Below are positions 8,694-17,547 of a stretch of 38,465 nt of DNA, one piece after another. The stretch comes from a virus. Its lineage: Duplodnaviria > Caudoviricetes. The notes beneath the pieces were generated by a model. That model saw nothing but the letters and a program-made list of their open reading frames with translations. It was not told the DNA's origin and made no database searches. Each line of letters opens with the position of its first letter. The stretch's first letter is position 1. The DNA is taken from the IMG/VR virus record IMGVR_UViG_3300044983_000082, positions 1-38,465 of that record; one strand, given 5' to 3'. The translations under genes and the position numbers were made by a program.

Positions 8694-9310
8694 CCCAAGT
8701 CAAAACGATCCTGGTCGACTGCGACGGCGTGCTGTCCGACATGACCGGCTCTGTCCTGGCGCTCGCGCGCCGGCAGGGCATCTACGCCACGCCGGAGGAC
8801 GTCACGAGCTGGGACTATGGCCAGGCCATCGGCTGGAACGACTGGCGCTGCTTCGTCGACAAGGCCGTCGGCGGGGACGAGTTCTGCTACCGGATGCAGC
8901 CATACGACGGGGCGTTTCCCTTCCTGCGCCGCCTGGAGGCGCTGTGCGGCGTCGAGAACGTCCTGATCTGCACGAGCCCCTGGACGGGCAAGGAAGGGCC
9001 CGCCTGGGTCGAGCAAAGGCTATGCTGGCTCCGGGACGTGATGCAGATCGGGCCGAAGCGGATCATCACCTGCTCGCGCAAGGAGCTCGTGACCGGCTAC
9101 CTGATCGACGACAGCCCCGAGCACCTGGCTGAGCGCCGCTACGGCGACAACCATTGGGCGCCCTGGGCCGGCTCCGAAGGATTCTGCGTTGCGCGCCCGT
9201 ACAACACCGAGTACACTGGCCAGCGAGGCAGCTACAACGACTGTCTGAAGCTTCTGTTCCACTCATTCTACCGCCCGGAGCTAGCCGGCGCAGTAAGGAA
9301 TCTCCCATGA
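8690..9310 (+). CDS. 5'(3')-deoxyribonucleotidase, HAD superfamily (NT5C-like)
   Basis: VDCDGVLSD motif I, ICTSP motif II, LIDDSP motif IV, RPYN. Confidence 0.85.
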   Translation: MTQVKTILVDCDGVLSDMTGSVLALARRQGIYATPEDVTSWDYGQAIGWNDWRCFVDKAVGGDEFCYRMQPYDGAFPFLRRLEALCGVENVLICTSPWTGKEGPAWVEQRLCWLRDVMQIGPKRIITCSRKELVTGYLIDDSPEHLAERRYGDNHWAPWAGSEGFCVARPYNTEYTGQRGSYNDCLKLLFHSFYRPELAGAVRNLP

Positions 9311-9567
9311 CCCCAGCATTCAAGGACGGGCTCGGCAACCTGATCGCGGTCGGCGACTTCATCTCGTACGTGTGGCGACACAGCTCCTCGTGCGGCTTCG
9401 CGCTCGGCAAGGTCCTGGAGCTGTGCGAGGACGGCCAGATCAAGGTCGTCGGGCTCGACTACCGCGGCAAGAAGCAGCGGCCGGCGAAGCTTCAGCGCCT
9501 CGACCGCGTGATCGTGCTGCCCTACACCCTTCTGCCGGCGGCCGCGCTGGACGAGCTGACGTCGTGA
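9307..9567 (+). CDS. Hypothetical protein, 86 aa
   Basis: TAAGGA SD, ATGA overlap; KD.LG..I.VGD.I.Y start typical of small beta-barrel phage proteins. Confidence 0.7.
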   Translation: MTPAFKDGLGNLIAVGDFISYVWRHSSSCGFALGKVLELCEDGQIKVVGLDYRGKKQRPAKLQRLDRVIVLPYTLLPAAALDELTS

Positions 9568-9767
9568 AGGCCTGCCCGTTCTGCGGCTCACGCGCTCGCG
9601 TGCAGAGCTACAAGAAGTGCTGGGCGCAGGCCTGGGCCCGGGTCATGTGCACCGAGAAGGCGTGCGCAGCCCGCGGCCCGACGGTGCGCGCCCACATCAA
9701 GAACGACGGCGACGCCTACGACGCCCTGCGCGCTGAAGCCGTGCGAGCGTGGGAGGCCCGCCAGTGA
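9564..9767 (+). CDS. Lar-like (restriction alleviation) zinc-ribbon protein
   Basis: GTG start; KACPFCG...VMC....C.ARGP...A..AW pattern. Confidence 0.65.
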   Translation: MKACPFCGSRARVQSYKKCWAQAWARVMCTEKACAARGPTVRAHIKNDGDAYDALRAEAVRAWEARQ

Positions 9768-10279
9768 TGCTCATGGCCTGCGACCAGAGCGTCCGGGGGT
9801 TCGCCTACGCGGCCGCCCCCACTTTCTGGAAAGGGGACTGGAGCAAGGTCTTCTACGGCCGGATCGATGGCGGGCAGCTCTCGCGCGCGGCGTCCAACAA
9901 GGACCACGTCCTGCGACAGATGCGCATCTTCGACCGGGTGGACGAGTGGATCGCGATGGTCGACCCGTCGCTGATCGGCTTCGAGTCCTACGCCTTCTCT
10001 CGCCGCCCCGACGTGGACGTGGTAGAATTAGTAGGGATGATCAAGCGGCATGCGTTCCAGCTCCTGAAGGAGACGGTGACGATCAACCAGTCGTCCGCCC
10101 GCAAGCTGCTGCTGGGCAAGGTGCCTCGGAAGGGTGACGAAGCGAAAGCGCAAGTTCGCTCTTGCTTTCAGGCGGCAGGCATGCCAGAAGATCTGAACAC
10201 GCTCGATCACACGGATGCCCTGTGCGTCCTAAACTTCATGATGTCCGAACACGGAGGTCTCTGCTTTGGCCAAAAGTAA
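9764..10279 (+). CDS. RuvC-like Holliday junction resolvase
   Basis: MACDQS (acidic 1), IGFES (acidic 2), DHTDA (acidic 3/4); GGAGG SD. Confidence 0.75.
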   Translation: MMLMACDQSVRGFAYAAAPTFWKGDWSKVFYGRIDGGQLSRAASNKDHVLRQMRIFDRVDEWIAMVDPSLIGFESYAFSRRPDVDVVELVGMIKRHAFQLLKETVTINQSSARKLLLGKVPRKGDEAKAQVRSCFQAAGMPEDLNTLDHTDALCVLNFMMSEHGGLCFGQK

Positions 10280-11033
10280 ACGCGCGCTGCTGTTCCCCGA
10301 CCTGCACGCCCCCTATCACGACGAGAGGGCTTTCAGCTGTGCGCTGGCGGCCGTGAAGATCTGGCGACCCGAGGTCGTGATCGTGCTCGGCGACTTCGCC
10401 GACTTCTACAAGGTCTCCAGCTTCAATCTGGACCCGCGCCGCAAGCTCTCGTTCGCTGACGAGATCCGCATCGCTCGGAAGTGCCGCGCTCGGCTCGACG
10501 CTGCGTGCAAGACTGCCGGATGCCGCGACAAGCGGTTCCTGCAGGGCAACCACGAGGTCAGGCTGGACACCTACCTCTCGAAGCGAGCGCCCGAGATGGT
10601 CGAGGTCCTGGACGAGCAGGGCGTGGACTGGCAGGGCCTCCTACAGCTCGACCAGAGCGGCTGGGCCGTCACCCCCTACAAGCGCTCGATCCAGCTCGGG
10701 AAGCTGCGCATCAGCCACGACGTGGGGCGCGCGGGCGTCTACAGCGCTCGCCAGTCGCAGCTCGACATGGGCTGCTCGGTGGCCTTCGGGCACACCCACC
10801 GGCTTGCCGCGCACTACCAGGGAACCATCGACGGCCCGCGGCACGTTGGCCTGACCTGCGGCTGGCTGGGCGACCCGGAGTTCATTGACTACAACCACCG
10901 CGACCGCGTGCAGCGCGATTCGATCCACGGCTTTTGCACCGTCCACGTCTTGCCAGATGGCGAGTTCTGGGCTAACCTGATCCCTATCATCGACGGCCGC
11001 TGCATCGTTGACGGCCAACTAATCAAAGGGTAA
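10266..11033 (+). CDS. Calcineurin-like metallophosphoesterase
   Basis: PDLH, LGDFAD, GNHE, SHD, FGHTH motifs; TTG start with GGAGG SD. Confidence 0.9.
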   Translation: MAKSKRALLFPDLHAPYHDERAFSCALAAVKIWRPEVVIVLGDFADFYKVSSFNLDPRRKLSFADEIRIARKCRARLDAACKTAGCRDKRFLQGNHEVRLDTYLSKRAPEMVEVLDEQGVDWQGLLQLDQSGWAVTPYKRSIQLGKLRISHDVGRAGVYSARQSQLDMGCSVAFGHTHRLAAHYQGTIDGPRHVGLTCGWLGDPEFIDYNHRDRVQRDSIHGFCTVHVLPDGEFWANLIPIIDGRCIVDGQLIKG

Positions 11034-11272
11034 TGAACATGGCTACTGTGAACCTGACCGTTGAAGTTCCGGACGACGAAGTTGCGCAATTCCGGCGCGA
11101 GCTGGTGGATCTCTGCTTCGACTTCGGACTGCCCGTGGACGACGAAGACGAGTTCGAGGAGGACGACACCGACCCCTGCATCGAGCTCCCGCCCGCGCAC
11201 AGCGCCGAGGAGGAGGCCAACCTGCGGGAGTTCCTCGAAGGCCTCTGCATTGTCGTCGTAGTCGACGGCTGA
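11033..11272 (+). CDS. Small highly acidic protein
   Basis: TAATG coupling; DDEDEFEEDDTD tract. Confidence 0.7.
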   Translation: MNMATVNLTVEVPDDEVAQFRRELVDLCFDFGLPVDDEDEFEEDDTDPCIELPPAHSAEEEANLREFLEGLCIVVVVDG

Positions 11273-11347
11273 AGACCGGGCGCTGAGAGTACAACTGCGC
11301 CGACCGCTGGCGGCCGCCGGCAACTGGTAAGTCAAGACCTCTCTCGT

Positions 11348-11368
11348 GGCGGGTGCGAAAAGCCCGCC
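11348..11368. terminator. Hairpin at the convergence of the two genome arms
   Basis: GGCGGG-TGCGAAAAG-CCCGCC next to the tandem TAG TAG stops of terL; no U-tract. Confidence 0.4.
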
Positions 11369-11373
11369 CCCTA

Positions 11374-12849
11374 CTACCGCCGCAAGGCCTCCCGCTTCCG
11401 TTGCTCGCGCGCCTCCCGCTCCTTCTCTGCCAGGCTCGCGATTCGCTCCTCGGACATCGGGACGTAGGTTTCGATCACGCCGTAGCCGAAAGCGTCGGCC
11501 GCGTGGTCTTCCTTCTGCTGGTGGTCGTCCCGGTCGTCGTTCCAGACTAGGCGCCCGAGCTCAGCCCCGAGGCACGCCGCGCCCTCGTAGACGAAGATAT
11601 GACCAATCCCGAACAGATCATTGATCGTGTGGATGCGTGGGCGCTTGTTGCCGAGCGCGTTCTTCTGCGCTGCCAGCATGGGCACGCCGAACTGACTCGC
11701 GAAGCTTTCGACGACCTGCTTGCTCGCGCCGCCGCCGCTGTCGCCTACGACAGTCCCGACGCTGTAGGTCGTGCGCAATTCCTTGATGCGCTCCGCCAGC
11801 TTGGGCAGCTTCCAGTGCTGTCGCTTTTCGGCGTAGAGAACGTGAACCCGTTCGCCGCGTACCACGCGCGTCGAGCCGTCCTCCTGCTCGTACGTCTCCT
11901 CGAAGTCGCACAGTCGTAGAACGACGATGGCCGTGTGATCTTCCCAGCCGAAGTCGACCGCCATGATCGTGCGCCCGAGCCACGGTGCGGAGCTGTCCGG
12001 GAGCAGGATGCCGGCGTAGTTGCCGTAGCACTTGAGCTCGGAGGGCAGACACCACTGGGCCAAGACCTCGCGCCGGAACCGAGAGTCGTCCCGGCTGAGA
12101 TAGAGCCGGTTCTTCAGGTCTTCCTCGATGCTGTTTTCGGCCTTGCTCTTGCCGTTCGCCTCCAGCACCTGGAAAACGGGGTTGTCGTAGATCAGGCCGA
12201 AGTGCCGGCTCGCGCCGTACATGTTCCGGCCAGTGACGGCGTCCGTCTGGGTGGTGCACTGCCACCAGAAGTCGGGCTCTGGGTCGCTCGGGTCGCCCGG
12301 GATAGGACCTGGCGTGCCGGCGAGCGTACATCCGGACCCCGGCATCCCGCGATAGCGCCGCATGGCCTCCCAGGCGCAGGAAAGGACCCCCTCCTTCAGG
12401 ACCTTCGACTTGGGGACGCCGCATTCGTCGAAGTACGCCGCGAACAGGTCCTCACCGCGCAGCTTCTGGACCTCGGCCTCGTTGGACATGCCCATGATGC
12501 GGATCGCCCCGCCGTTGGGCAGGGTGATCCGCTTGTGCATGCCGTTCCAATCCCACGCCAGCCCACAGTCGCGCTGGAGCTGGCGGAAGATCGGCAGGAG
12601 AATCTCCTCACCTCGGCTGATGGTCGGAGCGACGTAGGCCTGGACGGTCCCAGGCCTCGCGTGTTCAATCATCCGGGTCGCTAGGGCGTCCGTCTTCCCA
12701 TGTCGACGACCCGCTAGGTACGTGATCAGCGCCGCTCGGTCCCGGATGTAGGCCGTCTGGAGCGGGGTAGCTCGCTGGATCAGGCGCGGGCTGCTCGTCG
12801 CCTTCTCCTTGCGTGAGAAGAGGAATCTCTTTGCTGCTAGCGAATGCAT
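11374..12849 (-). CDS. terL: Terminase large subunit
   Basis: Walker A AGRRHGKT, LRG, Walker B AYFDEC, motif III LAGTP, nuclease MAVDFG and DHAADA. Confidence 0.93.
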   Translation of the reverse strand: MHSLAAKRFLFSRKEKATSSPRLIQRATPLQTAYIRDRAALITYLAGRRHGKTDALATRMIEHARPGTVQAYVAPTISRGEEILLPIFRQLQRDCGLAWDWNGMHKRITLPNGGAIRIMGMSNEAEVQKLRGEDLFAAYFDECGVPKSKVLKEGVLSCAWEAMRRYRGMPGSGCTLAGTPGPIPGDPSDPEPDFWWQCTTQTDAVTGRNMYGASRHFGLIYDNPVFQVLEANGKSKAENSIEEDLKNRLYLSRDDSRFRREVLAQWCLPSELKCYGNYAGILLPDSSAPWLGRTIMAVDFGWEDHTAIVVLRLCDFEETYEQEDGSTRVVRGERVHVLYAEKRQHWKLPKLAERIKELRTTYSVGTVVGDSGGGASKQVVESFASQFGVPMLAAQKNALGNKRPRIHTINDLFGIGHIFVYEGAACLGAELGRLVWNDDRDDHQQKEDHAADAFGYGVIETYVPMSEERIASLAEKEREAREQRKREALRR

Positions 12850-13270
12850 TGATCAGGTCCTCGGCGATGTCGTCGTTCGGGGCAATCTCCCAGGCGCTCT
12901 CGTTGGCCTGCTTCTCCAGCCGCTCGATGGCCCAGGCGGCCGGAAGGACGTCCTCCTCGGTCTCCTCGGTGTCGCCGCCCGGCTTGGTCACCGTCTTGCG
13001 CTTCGTGCCGCCGTTGGCCGCCGACTCGATGCGCAGCTGGTTCTCCGCCGCCTTCTCGGCCCTGATCTCGGCGATGCGCCAGGCCAGCTCGGCCGCGTAG
13101 GGGTCGGGGCAGTCGTACGTCTGGCCGAGCGCGTACCAGTAGAGCAGATCGGCCGGATAGATGTTGCACGCCTTGGCGACCTTCTTCAGGTCGTTCGGCA
13201 GCTTCTCCACCCACCGGCAGATCTGGTCTACGCGGCGCTGGGTCAGGAGACCGGAGCGTCGCCGGTTCAC
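12665..13270 (-). CDS. terS: Putative terminase small subunit
   Basis: Directly upstream of terL; HTH-like N-terminus (KKVAKACNIYPADLLYW), AAWAIER segment, disordered tail. Confidence 0.55.
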   Translation of the reverse strand: MNRRRSGLLTQRRVDQICRWVEKLPNDLKKVAKACNIYPADLLYWYALGQTYDCPDPYAAELAWRIAEIRAEKAAENQLRIESAANGGTKRKTVTKPGGDTEETEEDVLPAAWAIERLEKQANESAWEIAPNDDIAEDLINAFASSKEIPLLTQGEGDEQPAPDPASYPAPDGLHPGPSGADHVPSGSSTWEDGRPSDPDD

Positions 13271-13273
13271 GGC

Positions 13274-14005
13274 TCAGTCCTCCAGCGCGAATTGGCAGTC
13301 TTCCGAGGGCGTGAGCCGGTAGAAGATGCCGAAGCGGCGGAAGCGGCAGCTCGTGATGGGGTTCAAGCAGATCAGGTCGCCCTTGCGCTGCTTCGGCGTC
13401 CAGCGGACCGGCTTGGTGTGCACGAAAGGTTCCTCCCGGACCCCTTCCTTGCGCTCGCCCCAACGTTGCGTACCCTTGGTACGCTTGAAGGTGCCGCCGC
13501 CCGCGTCCAGGCAGCGCTCCAGCACGACCCGAACGATGCCGTCCGAGCCGCCGTCCACCGGCATGCCGTCCGACAGCATGTCCTCGGGAAGCAGGAGCCC
13601 GCCGTACATGTGGGCCTCGAACTCCTCCCGGGCTCGCTTCGTCAGCACCCAGTCATTGACCGCGCGCAGGCCTTCGTCCGGCTTGCCCAGGTTCGTGACG
13701 ACTGCAGCGATGCTGCGCATCTCGGCCAGAAGGCAGATCTCCTTCTTCAGGGCCACGACCTTCGACATGCTGAACAGCGGCAGGGCCACGATGTCGCCCG
13801 GCTTCAGCGCAGTCATGTCGGGGCAGTCGGCCGTTCCTTCACCGACGGCCACGACCTCGCCGATGCAGGTCCGGTCGTGCCGCTCGCCGGTCATGACGCC
13901 AGGCCCGATCAGGGCGCTGTCCGGAGTGATGATCGTCGAGCTGTTCCAGGCCTGCTCCAGGTCCTCGCGCGGGCGTAGCGTTACGTAGCTGTTGAACGGT
14001 CGCAT
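13274..14005 (-). CDS. Tandem double-GroES (Cpn10-Cpn10) co-chaperonin
   Basis: Domain 1 MRPFNSYV..IITPDSA..GEVVAVGEG..LKPGDIV..SIAAVV; domain 2 LRAVNDWVLTKR..GGLLLP..LDAGGG..RKGDLI..SEDCQFALE. Confidence 0.85.
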   Translation of the reverse strand: MRPFNSYVTLRPREDLEQAWNSSTIITPDSALIGPGVMTGERHDRTCIGEVVAVGEGTADCPDMTALKPGDIVALPLFSMSKVVALKKEICLLAEMRSIAAVVTNLGKPDEGLRAVNDWVLTKRAREEFEAHMYGGLLLPEDMLSDGMPVDGGSDGIVRVVLERCLDAGGGTFKRTKGTQRWGERKEGVREEPFVHTKPVRWTPKQRKGDLICLNPITSCRFRRFGIFYRLTPSEDCQFALED

Positions 14006-15096
14006 TACTTGCTCCTCCGAAGCTTCCGCTCCTGTGCCTGCGTCTGGCGCTTCACCAGCTCCAGCTCTCGCTCGAACTCCTGCTCCTCGGTCAGCTTCTT
14101 GGGGACGGGGCGCTTGCCCGCCAGCGGGGTCTTGTCGAGCGGCAGGCGCTTGTCGGCGGGTGCCGGCGTCTTGCCCTTCTTCTCGATCTTGCCGCCGAGC
14201 TTGGCGACGCGCGCCAGCTCCTTGTCCTTGACCTCCTGGTACGCCTCCTTCAGCGTCTTGGTGTACTTGTTCAGGGTCGGGTGCTTGCTCGCCTTGATCA
14301 GCGCCCAGATCTGGCCCGCTGCTTCGTCAGCGATGCCCGCCAGCGGGGTCGTCTTCAGCTTGCCGGCGATGGCGGAGACCTGCGTCGCCTCCTCGGCCTG
14401 CGCCTGCGCGGCGGTCTGCTGCTCGGCAACCTTGCGGTCTCGCTCGGCCAGCTCCTTGCGCAGCTTCAGCACTTCCACCTGGCCGGGGTCGAGGCCCTTC
14501 GCCGCGCGTGCCATGTTCGCGACGATGTTCTCGAACTTGTCCTCGAACATCAGCTCGATGGCCGCTCTGGCCGCCATGTGGTTGCCCTTGTGGTACTCGT
14601 TGAAGCCGGCGACGATGGGGCCGTACGTCTCCTCGGCTCCGCTCTGGAGCTTCGTGGCGTTCGTCTCCTTCTCCGCTGCGGTAGCCAGGGCCGTGTCGGC
14701 CTCGGCCTTCGCCTTGCGGGCGTTGCGCTCGGCGACGCGCGCTGCCTTGAACTGCTTGTTGTTCAGCTTGAAGATGGCCGGGTCCTTGCCAAGCTTCTCG
14801 GCCAGTCCCTTCAGATCTCCGCCGTCCAGCAGCTCGGCCAGCTCGTCCTTGAACGTCTCGACATCGGCCGAAGCTGCTGGACTCTCGTCCTCCAGCTCGT
14901 CGTCTTCCGACTCTTCGTTCTCGATCTCTTCGCTTTCGTCCTCCGACTCATCGTCGGCCGCCGGATCGCTGTCGACGTCAGCTCCCGGGGTTGCCTCTTC
15001 GGTCTCGACGTCTCCGTCGGATCCCTGGTCGGCTTCCAGCTCGGCCAGCACTGCCGCAAAGTCGGCGTCGCTGCCCGCGTCTTTTTCGATTGCCAT
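14005..15096 (-). CDS. Putative capsid scaffolding protein
   Basis: Follows portal; very acidic N-terminus, long coiled coils, basic linker and C-terminal helix. Confidence 0.7.
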   Translation of the reverse strand: MAIEKDAGSDADFAAVLAELEADQGSDGDVETEEATPGADVDSDPAADDESEDESEEIENEESEDDELEDESPAASADVETFKDELAELLDGGDLKGLAEKLGKDPAIFKLNNKQFKAARVAERNARKAKAEADTALATAAEKETNATKLQSGAEETYGPIVAGFNEYHKGNHMAARAAIELMFEDKFENIVANMARAAKGLDPGQVEVLKLRKELAERDRKVAEQQTAAQAQAEEATQVSAIAGKLKTTPLAGIADEAAGQIWALIKASKHPTLNKYTKTLKEAYQEVKDKELARVAKLGGKIEKKGKTPAPADKRLPLDKTPLAGKRPVPKKLTEEQEFERELELVKRQTQAQERKLRRSK

Positions 15097-15112
15097 ACTA
15101 CTCCGTTGGTGT

Positions 15113-15215
15113 CATGCTCCTGGGCATGTGGGTTGTTGCACTGATCGGGTTCTATCTGCTGTGGCGCATCGTCTGCGCCTTCACACTGGCAACCCACCCG
15201 GAGAGCTGCCAGTGT
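15113..15215 (-). promoter_or_regulatory. Three consecutive hairpins in the portal-scaffold spacer
   Basis: ACACTGGCA/TGCCAGTGT (15183-15215, extends by G-U pairs on - strand), GGCGCA/TGCGCC (15163-15179), CATGC/GCATG (15113-15128). Confidence 0.5.
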
Positions 15216-15225
15216 CCGAAACACG

Positions 15226-17151
15226 TTAGACGGGCGGGCCGCCCGCTGGCGCTGGAGGAGCTGTACCCCCTGCACCGCCGGCTGGGGCTTCCACTCCCGG
15301 GAACACAGACGCCGGGTCCACAGTCCCCGAAAGGGACGTCTGAGCCTGCGCCGAAGCCTGGTCAATGTAGGCCTGAACTTCGTCGAGGAATCGCGTGAAC
15401 CACGAGAGCCGGTCGCCGGGTGCGCCCTTCGTGCGCGCAATCAGGAGGGCCTGTGCGACGGTCTTGGCCGCGCTCTGCAGATCCATCCACTGGATCGGGC
15501 CCTGGTACTTCACGGTGTCGGCGTGAAGCCACATGTCGATCTGGCGCTCCAGCCAGTTCTCCTGGGCGAGAGCGAGCTGGCTCTTGGCCTTCTCGTCGTA
15601 GTCCTGCTGGAAGCCGAGGAGCTCCGCGCCGGTGATAAGGCCGGCCTGCATCCACTCGTCCGCTCGGTCGAGACGAGCCTTCGGCGACTGCTTGTCCTCG
15701 GAGACCGGAGCAATGCTGATCGTGTAGCGCTCCAGGTCGAGGTCGAGGTCGGCCAGCTTGACCTCCTCGACGTAATCGCCCTTGGCGTAGATCCGCTTGT
15801 ACTCCGGGACCTCCTCGATCATGTCTTGCAGCGCCCAGACGATCAGGCGTGCGCTGGAGCAGGTGCGCATGTCGATCAGCCGGCGCTCGTTGTCGGCGAA
15901 CCGCTCGGTGAAGAGGGCCGCGACCATGTTCTCGTGCTTGCCGCTGGTCGTGCCGGTCGCGCGCTTGGCGCTCGTGTGCTGATCGCTGATGCCGGAGACG
16001 TCGTGCGCGCCCTGCTGGTGGAACAGAAGCAGGTCGACCGACTGGCTATTGAACTTCGGCGGAGCAACCACCTGGATGCCGTCGCCAAGGTTGCCGGTGC
16101 CCGTGAGCTCGACCAGCGTCCAGCCCTTAGTCTTCTCCAGGTCGCCAGGCTTGGCCGCACCCTTGCGGAACATGACCATGCCCTGCGGCGAGTTGCGCTC
16201 GGCCGCATCGACATCGGCGATGATCTGATTGATGCGCAGGCACTGGTTGTAGATGCAGCGCGTCAGGCTCACGCCCCACTTGCCGTAAAGACTGCGCTCG
16301 TAGTGCCAGAAGGCGACGGGCGGGCGGTCGCGCTTGTACTCGCGATCATCCTTCAGGATCGTTCCGTCCTTCAAAACGAACATCTCCCGGCCAAAGTTCT
16401 TCCCGCCCAGCGCTACGCGCCAGCCCTGGCACACCTTCACGCCGCGCTCGGGCTTGACGTCCCCCGTGATGTCGTTGATGCCGTCGGGCATCACGTCCTC
16501 GTTGTCCAGGATCTCGTCCTCGAAGTCGGGGAAGCGGACGATCAGCTCCTCGGTGTTGTACCAGCTCGTGCGGACCAGCGAGATGATCCGGCCATACTTC
16601 CCGGACGTCTCGACGCCGCACGTCAGGGTGTCGTCCAGCTCGCAGATGATCGCGTCTGGGCCCGGCAGGAAGAACACGCCGAACGAGCCGACGCAGGACA
16701 TGGCGAGCAGAGCGCCGTGCCGGAACAGCTCGTGCAGGTTCGCGAACTGGCCCTGGGGAAGTCCGTACTCCGCGCACACGAGTCGATCCAGACGGACGGC
16801 CTTCGTGCGGGTCGTCCAGTCGCCGCCGTTGCTCATGAACTGCGGGAGCGGGCTATCCTGGGCGGTCATCTTCGACAGGCCCGTCTGCACGATGCTCCGG
16901 CAGGTGTTCCGGACGATGGGAACTTCCAGGTCCCGGAAAACTTCGTCGTTGTCGTGGACGTAGCCGCGCTCATCGAACGACGTCAGCTCGACGCCCTCGA
17001 ACAGCGAAGCGAAGCACAGGGCCTCGGTTCGCCGGCCCGCATTGTCCTGGATCGCTCGGTCGCACTCAGACAGCAGCGCCTGTGCAGCCTCCTCGGGCTC
17101 CAGGCGATACCACTGATCTCGACAGCTCGTCGCGTTGTGGTAGGAGGGCAT
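15226..17151 (-). CDS. Portal protein
   Basis: 641 aa; N..RSIV early segment, WGVSL...Q..IN, VSGIS....G..SG, low-complexity C-terminus; upstream of scaffold. Confidence 0.8.
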   Translation of the reverse strand: MPSYHNATSCRDQWYRLEPEEAAQALLSECDRAIQDNAGRRTEALCFASLFEGVELTSFDERGYVHDNDEVFRDLEVPIVRNTCRSIVQTGLSKMTAQDSPLPQFMSNGGDWTTRTKAVRLDRLVCAEYGLPQGQFANLHELFRHGALLAMSCVGSFGVFFLPGPDAIICELDDTLTCGVETSGKYGRIISLVRTSWYNTEELIVRFPDFEDEILDNEDVMPDGINDITGDVKPERGVKVCQGWRVALGGKNFGREMFVLKDGTILKDDREYKRDRPPVAFWHYERSLYGKWGVSLTRCIYNQCLRINQIIADVDAAERNSPQGMVMFRKGAAKPGDLEKTKGWTLVELTGTGNLGDGIQVVAPPKFNSQSVDLLLFHQQGAHDVSGISDQHTSAKRATGTTSGKHENMVAALFTERFADNERRLIDMRTCSSARLIVWALQDMIEEVPEYKRIYAKGDYVEEVKLADLDLDLERYTISIAPVSEDKQSPKARLDRADEWMQAGLITGAELLGFQQDYDEKAKSQLALAQENWLERQIDMWLHADTVKYQGPIQWMDLQSAAKTVAQALLIARTKGAPGDRLSWFTRFLDEVQAYIDQASAQAQTSLSGTVDPASVFPGVEAPAGGAGGTAPPAPAGGPPV

Positions 17152-17163
17152 GCGTTAGGGCCC

Positions 17164-17508
17164 TTACGGTGCGCAGTTCCAAGTAGCCGTGACCTGGAAG
17201 CCGTTGGTCGAGCCCGCTTCGATGCTGCGAGCGGTGGAGGGCAGCGCGGTCAGGATGGCCGGACATGCAGCGCCGGCCGCGGGAATCACGAGGGTGTTGC
17301 TCGTGCCGTTGGCATCGAGCCAGATGATCGAGCCGCCGGCCGCCGGGGCCAGGTAGAAGATCTTGGCCGGAAGGTGGTTGACGCCCTGCGGATTGGCCGA
17401 GATGGGGCTGGGCGTGGCGTCGCACAGGATGACCTGCGAGCCTGCGGTGGTGAACGTGCGCGCGAGCTGGGCGGTATCCCGGTCGCTGCGAATAGAATCG
17501 AATGCCAT
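17164..17508 (-). CDS. Small beta-rich virion-associated protein
   Basis: 114 aa ORF in the structural operon, apparently leaderless. Confidence 0.7.
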   Translation of the reverse strand: MAFDSIRSDRDTAQLARTFTTAGSQVILCDATPSPISANPQGVNHLPAKIFYLAPAAGGSIIWLDANGTSNTLVIPAAGAACPAILTALPSTARSIEAGSTNGFQVTATWNCAP

Positions 17509-17515
17509 TGGCTTT

Positions 17516-17544
17516 AGTATACCTCGGTTGGGCCGGCTATGCCA
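17516..17544 (-). promoter_or_regulatory. Promoter TGGCAT-N17-TATACT, 7 nt before ATG (leaderless)
   Basis: - strand reads TGGCAT agccggcccaaccgagg TATACT aaagcca ATG. Confidence 0.6.
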
Positions 17545-17547
17545 GCG

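Noticed and set aside
14009-15229. Ser-rich 406-aa + strand ORF
   Set aside because: Poly-Ser is the antisense reading of the Glu/Asp codons of the scaffold gene
15114-15398. + strand ORF with a TM-like start (MLLGMWVVALIGFYLLWRIV)
   Set aside because: Antisense to an A-rich structured leader and the portal 3' end; hydrophobicity follows from T-richness; no SD seen
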